A stretch of 64,000 bases of DNA from Paraspadella gotoi (lineage: Eukaryota > Animalia > Chaetognatha): the NCBI GenBank assembly GCA_051294375.1, contig CM119269.1, positions 11,514,883 to 11,578,882 of the forward strand. Reading direction: 5' to 3'. The notes below the pieces were generated by a model. It did not search any database and was not told the DNA's origin. It saw nothing but the letters and a program-made list of their open reading frames with translations. Shown here in pieces: positions 49,401 through 61,200 of this stretch (within the stretch, counting starts at the first letter, position 1; every line of letters begins with the position of its first letter). The position numbers and the translations under genes were made by a program.

Positions 49401-52400
49401 TGTTTTATTTATGATGAATGATTCATTGCGTCAATGAATGACTATCATCGCATCAATGAATGACTATCATCGTATCAATGAATGATTATCATCACATCAA
49501 TGAATGACTATCATCGCATTAACCATTTGGTTATTATCATATCAATCATTTGGTTATCATCACATCGATCATTTGGTTATCATCGCATCAATATTGGTTA
49601 TCATTACATCAATATTTGGTTATCATCGCATCAATCCTTTGGTTATCATTGAAGGGAGGCTCGATCCTATTCTTTTAAGATTTTTTTAATATATTCTTTT
49701 ATCAGCCAATGTAGAATAATGGCAATATTGCTTTTGTTAAATTTCAAAAAAATCCGACCATAAATATAGAAAATATTTACCAAAATCTTCGGAAAATCCA
49801 CCCCTTCTTTGGAAGATTTTCGCCATAGAAGTTTTTTCCGAATCTGACTCCCGGTTGAAAACTCTTAGAATTCCGATCGTTAGCTCCTCTTTTACTTTTA
49901 CTTTAAATAAAAATTTCACCAAAATGGACTAATTCACTTTACCATGATCGTATCATATTAAAATAACCAAATAAAATATAAAAAAAGTTTTTGAGAGCCC
50001 TTCAGACATATGGCTATCGGATTCCTGAATTCGAAGTTTATTGTAAAATCACAACATATGTTAAATGCGTTTACATTGTATCGAAGTTGAGAAATCCCTT
50101 TATTTTATATATAAAAATTGCATCGAAAATATTTTCCCGAGTGGACCAGTCCATTTGAATCTGATAGTTTGATGTCAAAATGATGGTTATTTGACAAGAG
50201 AAAAAAATGCGAGCCCATCAGATGCAACAGGATCGGAATCTAGTGTTTTTACATCTACTTTTTAACGGAATTTTTCTCAGGAGCTTTTATATTGTTTGGT
50301 AGTCAGATTTGAACGAAAATCTCAATTGAAAAAATATTCCTCGATCTCTAAGAACAACGTCAGCTCCTTCAGTCGTGACCCGGTGGCTCATTGAGTAAAG
50401 CCAACAGCTCATGACCACTAGGTACCGGGTTCAATCTCAACCCGGTACTTGCCCTGCGGGAAAGGTGAGGACTAAAGCGTAGTAAAAATTTAAAACTTTA
50501 ATAAATATTCTAAAAGTGAGGAACAAACGACATTATATTAATGAACATTTATGTATAAAAAAATTTATAATAAATTTTACAATTTACAGAGTAGGCCATG
50601 TTAAAATTCATTTGTGAGATTTTTTTGCAGATTTGGATTCGTCATTAAAAGTTGATATAAAGAAATATAACTCTTTTTTAAAAATTATTTCATTAAGTTG
50701 ATCATACCATGATGGAAAAAAAAAGTGTCGTGGTTACTTTTCAGTTATTTTTTGGCATTTTAATATAAGAATCAAAAATAAAATTTAGATATCAAGAAAC
50801 TTTGGCCTTTTGTGATTCATATGAGCTGTGTTTCATTTATTTATGACAAAAAATACAGGAGTTCCATGTAAAATAAATTGCGTTGTCCAAAAAAATGCTT
50901 CCTTCATTTTTATCTTTTTCATATCTATACTTTTTATTTATACTCATTTCCGATTATTTTTTATTACTTTTTGAGTTTAACCAATACTATTAAATATCCC
51001 TGCCTTTTCTCAATCTTATGTCAAATGGTTATTGCATTATCTCCATTAGGATAGATTCAGGCATGAATCTTAATTCATATATCAAAAAATGAGTAATATT
51101 AAAAATATATTGATGCTGTAAATGTTACAGAATATTATTTTTAAATTGTAAAGTATCAATAAAAGTTATGAGGTTCTGGGTAACCTTTCTGTAAGCAAAG
51201 TTATTATTTTTATTTACCTTTGGATGTATTATCAGAATCAAGTATCAAACAAGTTCAAAAATAAAAAAATAAAAATTTTGTTGAAGTGAAAAATAATGAA
51301 TTATCACATTATGCAGCAACAACTTAAGCCTGGTTTACTTTATAGAGGATCAATATTTTTCACTGCTTGCTAAGAACCATTTTTACCCTAAATCTGAATG
51401 TAAATATTATGTCAGAGATATAATTTTAACAATAATATGAGTAGTTCTCTTAATCAAAAAGAAGTGAAAACAGTTAGAGACAACCTCTTTTGGAAGTATT
51501 TGAATGCATTGAATAATTTAATATTGTTGAGAAATTTTATTCAGTTTTAGGGAGGTCAGATTACCTATTAAAACTTATTTATTAGCCAAAAAATATATTA
51601 GACAATGAAATTAACTGGGTTTTCCAAACCGCGACACTTTTTTTTTCCATCATGGTATGGTGGTCTAAAATCCACCAACTGTTCATCAGCGGCCATTGGT
51701 TCCGAAGGCAAGTCATACACCTCCCAACCCAAAGGTCCGGGGTTCTAGCCCGGTGATCGTTAAGATCGTTAAGAGGGATGGGGCGCTTAACCCGCCTGTA
51801 ACACGGTGTTACAGCCTGATCCAAAGCTCAGGGACTGCTTATATTGAATGGTTCTGTCACTAACACATAACATTAATTACTGTCTCTTTAATCAAATATA
51901 AAAAAATTATATTTAAAGCTGCAAATTAAAATTTTATATATTTTATATATTAAATACAGTTTTTTTAATTTTTAACCTACTTAATGAGAGAAATTGGGTT
52001 AAAAAAAAGCATTGACTTAATATTTTCTTTTATCAACTTGACGAGGAATTCAATCTGCAATCAAAATTAGGAAAAGCCTATTTTGAATTTTTTTGATTTA
52101 TAAGGTTCTAGTTGGTTGGCGACTTCGCCATGCGATATCGCCAGGGCTTTGGCGATGTCGCCAGTCCCCCACTGGCGACCTCGCCAGTGATAAAAGTAGC
52201 GAATATAATGAAAAGCGCAGCTAACACGGGGATGAGCAACCTTCAGGCTCCTCTCCCAACCCTAACCTAAACCAAACCTCCCGTTCAACTCTGTGCCTCT
52301 CCCTAACCCTAACCGGGCCTGGGCCTCCCGTACATCTCCATGCCTCAACCCTAACCCTACCGCCTTTGATGCATCAACCAGGGCCCCTCCCCACCCTAAC

Positions 52401-55400
52401 CCTAACCAAGCCTTCGTTCAACTCTGTGCCTCCTCCCTAACCCTAACCCAGGCTCAGCCTCCGTACATCTCCGTGCCTCAACCCTACACCTAACCGCCTT
52501 CGATGCATCAACCACGCGGCCCCTCCCACAACCCTAACCCTAAACTAAGCCTCCCGTTCAACTCCATGCCTCTCCCCTAACCCTACCCAGGCCCAGCCTC
52601 CCGTACATCTCCGTGCTCAACCCTAACCCTAACCGCCTTCGATGCATCAACCATGGGTCCCCTCCGCAACCCTAACCCTAAACCAAGCCTCCCGTTCAAC
52701 TCCATGCCTCTCCCCTACCCTAAACCAGGCCCGGCCTCCCGTACATCTCCGTACCTCAACCCTAACCCTAATTGCCTTCAATATATATCCCACGGGCCTC
52801 TCTCCAACCCTAACCCTAAACCGGGCCCAGGCCTCCCGTACATCTCCGTACTTCAACCCTAACCCTAATTGCCTTCGATATATAACCCACGGGCCTCTCT
52901 CCCAACCCTAACCCTAAAACGCGGCCCAGCTCCCGTACATCTCCGTGCCTCAACCCTAACCCTAACGCGGGCCTCTTGGTCATCAACAAACCCTCCCTAC
53001 CCTATCCCTAAAATTGACATTAAATATAAGCCTAAAATAAACTTAACTTAACTCAACCCTAACCCTAACCCTAAACTACTCAACCTAACCCTAAACTACT
53101 CAACCCTAACCCTAACTACTACCTCTATCTCAACCCTAACCCTAAACCCAACTCAACCCTAACCCTAACCTAATCTGAGTTTAGTTTAGGCGAAATCGCC
53201 ATAACTAGAACGCTAGATGTAGTTCACAGCTAAACCGCTAAATGGCGAGGGCGTCATGGCTAAGTGCGATTTGGCGATTTCGGTTGTGGGAGGGGCCCGT
53301 GGTTGATCGATCGAAGGCGGTTAGGGTTAGGGTTGAGGCACGGAGATGTACGGGAGGCCGAGCCTGGGTTAGGGTTAGGGGAGAGCACAGAGTTGAACGG
53401 AAGGCTGGTTTAGGGTTAGGGTTGGGGTAGGGGCCCGTGGTTGATGCATCAAAGGCGGTTAGGGTTAGGGTTGAGGCATGGAGATGTACGGGAGGCCCAG
53501 GCCCGGGTTAGGGTTAGGGGAGAGGCACAGAGTTGAACGGGAGGTTTGGTTTAGGGTTAGGGTTGGGAGAGGAGCCTGAAGGTGATGCTCATCCCCGTGT
53601 TAGCTGCGCTTTTCATTATATTCGCTACTTTTATCACTGGCGAGGTCGCCAGTGGGGGGACTGGCGACATCGCCAAAGCCACACCTGCGACTCTTGCGGT
53701 GAATCGCCGGCGACATCGCTATTTGAATGAACTACAACTTATGATAGACTATATATAAATATAGCCTACTACAAAAATTGAATAATGTAAAATTAATTTT
53801 TTTTACAAATTAATGTCACTGATGGTATGTTCTTCATAATTGACATTTAGAATTTTCTGATTGTAACTTTCACTACGCTCTAGTGAGGACGGTCGTAAGC
53901 CGACTTGGGGGCGTGGAAAACCCTCAAGCTTGGTTCCAAGACCAGGATCCGTTCCATGGCTGCTAGAGGGGGTTAAAGAAGTTGCGGATAGCACTCTTCA
54001 GCCCCACTTACCATCTTGGAAAATGAATAAGTCGCCAAATTTTAAAGTTAGTTAATTTTATATTAAAATTTAAATATAACAGAAAAAATGGTATCAATAT
54101 GTAGTGTGAACTCCCTTGCTCTTTACAACTTCATTTATTCTGTTCGGCATTGACTCATAGAGCGACTGCAGGTATTCCAAGGAGAGGTTATCCCAAACTT
54201 TTTTGATAAATCGTTTCTTGGTTTGCAGAGATGTTGGACGTTCGTTTCTCAGTCGATTTTTCATCTCTGACTATACATTTTCGATCGGATTGAGATCCGG
54301 AGAGTTCCCAGGCCAGTCAGGTAGAAGTTTAACCCTATTTCGGCGATGCCACTCTTTTGTCTCCTTGGCTCGATGCGGAGGGGCGTTGTCTTCCATAAAA
54401 ACTCCACCTTGGACTAATTCCTTTATCTTTGCTTCCTCCAGAATTTCTCTGTATTTGGCGCCATCAACGGGTCCCGAAATGAAGATTAACTTTGACTTGG
54501 CACGGGAAGAGATTACACTGAACACCATTACCTTCGGTTGCTGCTTAACCGTCTGCAATATGCATTAGGATGCAATGCTTCGCCGACGCCGCTGCACACT
54601 TCGAAGATTCACTCTTAGCTGCTTAGATATGGAAGTATTCTTTATACCCGCTTTGTGCAATTCAATTATAGATGCACGTTGATCACTTGTAAAATGCCAA
54701 CGTTGAGGCAATATAAAAAATACAGTGTAAAATATAAAAAAATGAAGGAAAAAAATTATTAAATCTGAAATACGCCAAAGAAAGCAATTTTTTTTTGATC
54801 TCCTTCTTTTCTTTCCTCTGCCCTGACGGCAATTTTAATCATAATCTAACATAAACCGACTCCATTTGATCGAAAATCGCCAAGCTTCTGGAAATATAAT
54901 TTTTTCTTTCTTCGACTTACTCGTTAGGCAACGGTGTTTAAAAATGATCGAGAAGTTTGGCGACTTATTCATTTTCCAAAATGGTAGTACCATATCCACC
55001 CTGGTGAGCCCATCCTGTCGAGCATATTCCAACCTTCTGATTCCAAGCCCATGGACTTGCGGAAGATTGCTCCCCTCCCTCCAATGGAACCAGTGCAGGG
55101 TGGGTTACAATCTGGGGGGCATGTAGTTGGGCATTGCATAAGTTCACCCCACCTATAAGCATGACACCTTCAGTTGTGACCCGGAGGCTCATTGAGTAAA
55201 GCCATCAGCTCATGACCACTAGGTACCAGGTTCTATCCCAACCCGGTACCTACCCTGTGGGAAGCGTGAGAATGGCCATAAGGCTGAATGTCTTTCGGTT
55301 ACTATAGCTCTTGAATAGCTGAATGTCTATTGGTTGCTATAGCTCTTGAATGGCTGAATGTCTTTTGGTTGCTATAGTTCTTGAATGGCTGAATGTCTTT

Positions 55401-58243
55401 TGGTTGCTATAGCTCTCGAATGGCCAAATGTCTTTTGGTTGCTATAGCTCTTGAATGGCTGAATGTCTTTCGGTTGCTATAGCTCTTGAATGGCTGAATG
55501 TCTTTTGGTTGCTATAGCCCTTGAATGGCTGAACCGATTTTTTTATAACTTACACTACACATATAGATTATACTTTTAAAAATCTACATTGACCAATAAA
55601 TTTTTTTTAAAAAAACATGCATAAAACGCGCGCTATTTAGGATTTAAGAGGGTCCTCTTTTTTTTTGGCACAGGACTGTATATACAGTGGAGAACGGAAT
55701 TTGTTTGATTGTTTGTTTGTTTCATTGTTTGTTTGATTAGTTTCAAAACGATCCGGTCGATCATGGCGACTTTTAAATTGTATTCTGGTCGAACCTTACT
55801 AGAGACTCCTTACCCAACCTCAACTTCCTTTTCTAACCTCACCCAAGTAAAAACTTCGCTCAATTTGCTTTCCTAAACTCACCTAACTGTAACCTCACCT
55901 GTGTCTCCCGGCAGAAGATGTTCATCTTGTACTGATTGAGACATTTGTCAGAACAAAACTGCAACTGTTGCTCCTCGTCTTGGAAAGTGACGTAAGTGAC
56001 GGTGTGACGCACGTGTTTGCACCAATCACACACCTGAATTGTCAAAGTGTGAAAGTGTGATAAAATTTTAAAGAAAATTTAACTCAAGATATTAGATTTC
56101 GTTTCGTAATAGTTTTCTCTCTTTCTCATTATATACCAAATTGGAAAAAAAAATCAGTTACTTATTCCTTATTATCATTTGCATATAATCGCAGGAGTAT
56201 CAAGCCACCAAAAGAAAATCGGATCGGAGACTCGGGCGATCTCCGCGGAAATGGAATCGCCGAATCCTGATTGGGCAATAAGGCGTAGTGAAAGTTACAT
56301 ACAAAAATTCTAAAAGTCAATTATGAACAACATACCATCAGTGAACATTAATTTGTAAAAAAAATTCATTTTATGTTTTTTAATTTTCGCAGTAGGCTAT
56401 ATTTATATATAGTACTATCCTTATAAAATCGAAAATTTTCAAAATAGGCTTTTCTTAATTTTGATTGGAGATTTGAATTCCTCGTCAAAAGTTGATAAAA
56501 GAAAATATAAATCATTTTTAAAAATTCTTTCATTAAGTGGGTTAAAAATTAACTTTTTATGACGAATCCAAATCTGTAAAAAAATCTTAGAAAAAACTGT
56601 TTTGAAATTTTAACATTTATTGGTTTAGTACTAGTATAAATATGGCCTACTGCGTAAATTGTAAAATTTATTATAAATTTTTTTATTACATAAATGTTCA
56701 TTAGTATAATGTTGTTCATTCTTCACTTTTAGAATTTTAATTAAAGTTAAATTTAGAAATTTTACTACGCCTTATTGGGCAAACATGGATCCGAAATTGA
56801 ACAATCAGCTTGCAGGATAAATTTTACCCACGTCGCCGATCCTCTCCCTCAGCTATAAATAGACCTAGCTTGTTTTAATTTCGGTAGCATTGAACAAGAC
56901 TCCTGCGTGTGTCTCACCGTCACCTTTATTCTCAGAATAAAATCTCTTCCTGATTTCAACCATAGAAATTCATGAGTTTTTCCTTAAATGTGGTGGCAGC
57001 TGTGTGATTCGAACTCACGCCTCCGAAGAGACTGGTGAAGTATTATTAAATCATTTTGATAATTTTTAAGTTTAAGTCAACTCACATTTAATTATAGAGA
57101 GCAATCTTCTTAAATATAGCCAAATTCTCCACTACATCAACATCATCATCATCAACTTACTCTTAATTTATGACGAAGGAGATACATTCACTCATTTAAG
57201 ATTACTATAATTGGTCTTTTCAAAAGAAAAATATCTAATATTAAGAGAAATTACTCCGTATAATAACAATAATAACAATAATAATCTTGATTAAAAATAA
57301 ATGATAACTACTCGCCTTGTTCTTCTTAAAAGAGGCCCTCCTGCATTGAGTGAAGCAGAGTTCGGAGCAAAATGCCTTTGCTCCGCCGCCCGTCGTTCGA
57401 AGCGTGAACAGTTTGAGTCCCATTTTCTGACACCAGGCGCAGATGATGTAGCCGGGCGGGAGACGGGCAGCGGGGGCGGGTAATGGTGGGGGCGGGAGGC
57501 CTCGTTGAAGAGGCAAAGAGGTTGGCGGGATGGGAGGCGGGGAAGGGGGATGGGCTGAAGGGTGGGGAGATATTGAGGTAAGTTCTTAGGAACGCGGTAA
57601 TCCGGGGAAATAATTGTTAAAAAGTAAATAATTAACAAACTAATAACAGAAAACTAGTACGTATGTGCTTTAAACGTTAAATAAAACTTTTTTTATTCGT
57701 AACAGCTCTTGTAACAGCTTCTATTTTGAGCTCTCAGCGACCAAAGCGATAATTACATGTAGTTTAATTAATACAGAAATATAATTATAGACAAACTCTG
57801 TAAATATTTATAACTAAAGATTTCTTTGTAAAAATATATTTCCATTGTATTGGAACCGGAATATATTTCTCTCTTTATTTATTCTTTTATTTCTTTTCCT
57901 TTTTTTTCCTCTTTTTGTCTTTCACTTCATTTCTCCTTTGTTCTTTTTCTTCATTTCCTCTTCTTTTGTCTTTAGCGGTTTAAGTTTTCATTCCACACAC
58001 ACACAAAAAAGCAGGGAGAGAGAGACCATCTTTTTTTTTCTTTTTCTCAACGAACTCTATATCCCAAGAAAAAGAAATGGCCTTTTGTTTATCGGATAAT
58101 CGCTTCGTCGCGCCTCTATTGTTTAAAAGAAATTGTATTTGGTCTAACGTTTCAAAATAATCAAACCCTTTCGATCCTCCGGCGATATTATTCTTTTTTT
58201 TAATTCTTTATTCTTATTGTTCTTCCGTGTCTTTCATCTGAGC

Positions 58244-58287
<44 letters not shown>

Positions 58288-61200
58288 TATTTCTTTAGAA
58301 CGTCGCCCAAGAGTTTTTAGTCACGTGCCCTCTGTTATGGCACCTACCGTCAATTTTAACTCATTAATGGCATCAACATTCGTTCGGTAAATGGCAACGA
58401 CCGTAACTCATTGATGGCAACGACAATGACTTACCCGTCTTGAGACTTTCCCTTCGAAGTGTCGAAGTTTCGCCGCAAAAACTTGAAATCGGTTTCACGT
58501 CTAAGAAAACAAGTTTGAGCAAATAATGTCGGATCTGCCCATGATCACTATCGGTAATTAATTAATTAATTATTTCAAGTTAATTAATTAATTAATTAGG
58601 CTATTAATTAATTAATTTGATCAAAAATCTTTGTTTTTAGTCTTTTCGTCACTAACCAAGACAAAAGAAATGACGATGAGAATAATGCCGATAACGATTG
58701 ACTTGATTGACTGAATAATTGATTATTTATTACTTAATTGACTAATTGATTAATTAACTGATTAATTATTTGATTAATTAATACATCTTGCATTTACATT
58801 TAATATAAAAAGAAAAAGAAAAATAATCAATTCGTGAAACAGGTTTTTTGTTTTTTCCATTTAAACTCCTTTCCATACAAACGATTCTATCGAAACTGGA
58901 TTTCCAGCTTAATCACACACTTTCCTAACCACATACAAAATTTTATGACAATCGCCCCATCCACTCATGAGCAATTGGTATTCAAATAGTAAAATATATT
59001 TTTTTGTTTTTTCCATTTAAACTCATTTCCACTCGGACGATTCCATCGAAACTTCATATCCAGCTCAATCACACACTTCCCCACCCACACACAAAATTTC
59101 ATTCCAATCCATCCATCCAATGACAAGTAATTGGTATTTTTTACTATGGTGGGATGGACAGACAGACAGACAGACAGATAGACAGACAGACGGATGGACG
59201 GACCTATTTTTTTTTTTTTTTTGCATAATTTGATGTTATGACATGATATATGTGAATGCCCGACAAGATTGAGCGGGCGGACCGACGGACCGACAAAGTG
59301 AATGATAGAGTCGGGATCTGCTTATAAGAAGATCGGACTAAAAAAAGTAACATGATGGATGAATTTTGTTTTTCGTAATTGTCGTGGTTATCATATTTGT
59401 TTCACAAGTTCCGTCGCCTTGTTGGCCTCTCTCTCTCTCTCTCTCTCTCTCTTTTTATTATTCCTACCTTTTTCTTTTCCCAGCGTGGAGACCTTTGTAG
59501 TCATTGCAGACGTACTTGGGACCATCGACTGAAAAAAAAAAGTGTACGTGAAAAATTTATGACAAATCAATTCGCTTAATAGGAATTTAGTATCTTTTGC
59601 TTTTTTTTTTTGTGAGCACATTTTTAAGTTTCGGTCAGTCTGACTCTCTGATTGATCTGTTCTATTTTAATTGCTCGTAACTCAATAATACACGGATCGC
59701 AAATGTGAGTGAAATGAAAAGATCAAATACTCTGGCTAAATTTTTAATTATTTTAAGAAATTGCTGACGTTTTTTATTTTTTAACTCCCAGTATTTCAGC
59801 TTGCTAAGTTTCTTAGTTATGTGCTCATTAATGCCATGGTCGAATTTCAAAAAAATGAAATTTTTGAATTTGAATAGCACCTTATAGTTATAAGATATAT
59901 TTTTATAAAAAAACCTAAAATGTTATAAAATTTGGGTTTATCTTACAAATATAGACATTAATGTATGTTGCTGAGCAATCTGAATGTCCAAAACTTTTTT
60001 ACAGCCACAATGACAGCCCTTTCCATTTTATAGTTTTTTCTAGTTAAAACTTATAGAAAATAAAAATTTTAGCTTTGAAAAAAAATTTGAAAAGAACATC
60101 GATCTAGCAAGCGCCTCACTATTCCTTGAAATATATTAATGATAATTAATGAAATTAAAATATTCGTCTCAATTTTGTCTACAATGAGTTTGAAATTGAA
60201 TTATCAAATTAGAGGGTAAAAATTATGCAAAAATAAGCTACAGGAAAGCAAGCGCACCAGTTGTTATGATGTGAAGTATTCTCAATTTGTATTATGGGAA
60301 CATAAACGCCAGGGAATTTTTTAACATTTTTAGTCAGTTAAGAGTAATAACAAATCTTTTGATTTCACTCCGATTTGAAATCCGTGTATTGCATCAATTT
60401 AGTTCATATTTTGTATTAAGGCGAAGTACCAGAAGATGCTTAATGTGCATATATTTTATACTTGTATAGTCACGTGACCATCCGGAAATACAAGAACGAA
60501 CGAACGAACTTCCCTCTTTTTATTTCTTTTAATATTTTTCTCCCCCTAAGTTTTTTTATGCTGTTCGGTCTCTTTTTATTATTATATGTCATTCTATTTC
60601 CTATTACTTTTTATTCCTTGTTCCTTTTATTTTCCATTTCTTACTTCTATTTCTGTTTTTTTATTTATTTATTCAGACGGAATAAGAAAGAGAAAAAAAA
60701 AGAAATATACTTCCTTGTTCTTTTAATAGATTTACTTTCCTTTTATTTTCCCTTTCCTATTTCTACTTCCTTCCTACTTCTTCCTCTTTTTCTCTCTCTT
60801 TCTCCTACTTCCACTTTGCTTACCCCCTGTTGTGTGGGGGAGGAAGAAGAAGGCGACGAAAATGATGATGACTTCGTCGTCATGAATTTCTGATTTTCCC
60901 CTCCTCCTCCTCCTCCTCCTCCTCCTCCCTCACTTCCTCCCCCTCCTCCTCCTCCACTTTCTTGGTTGGCGAGGGCTGAGCGTCTTCCGGTCATTTCGAC
61001 GCCTCCGATTCCGCTGCCGCCGCCGCTGCCGCCGCCGCTGCCGCCGCCTCTGCTGCCGACGCCAACGCTGCCAACTGAAAAGAGGAAGCGAAATACTTAC
61101 TTTTTCTTCCTTTCAGCTGAGTTACTGTGAACAAAAGTTGGCTGAAATTAACTTCTTTTAAAAATATTCAATTTTAATTAGTCCTTTTTTTTCAAGCAGA

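Larger units (their letters stand above)
50473..53882. mobile_element. hAT-type MITE expanded to 3.4 kb by nested insertions, inserted into SINE A
   Basis: Termini TAAAGCGTAGT / ACTACGCTCTA; 8-bp TSD GTGAGGAC at 50465-50472 and 53883-53890; body matches the intact copy at 56279-56774 in reverse orientation. Confidence 0.85.

Noticed and set aside
52250-53570. Ancient telomere-telomere fusion site
   Set aside because: Wrong repeat polarity, repeats occur only as dimers within a satellite, and the block is an insertion into a MITE whose empty site is visible.
55282-55533. 35-bp repeat with palindromic core resembling a CRISPR repeat
   Set aside because: No spacers; a simple tandem minisatellite.
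60462-60893. 143-aa Phe/Leu-rich 'membrane protein' ORF (and similar ORFs at 3960, 16020, 46385, 49028, 57845)
   Set aside because: Translations of T-rich or microsatellite intronic sequence with no coding signal.
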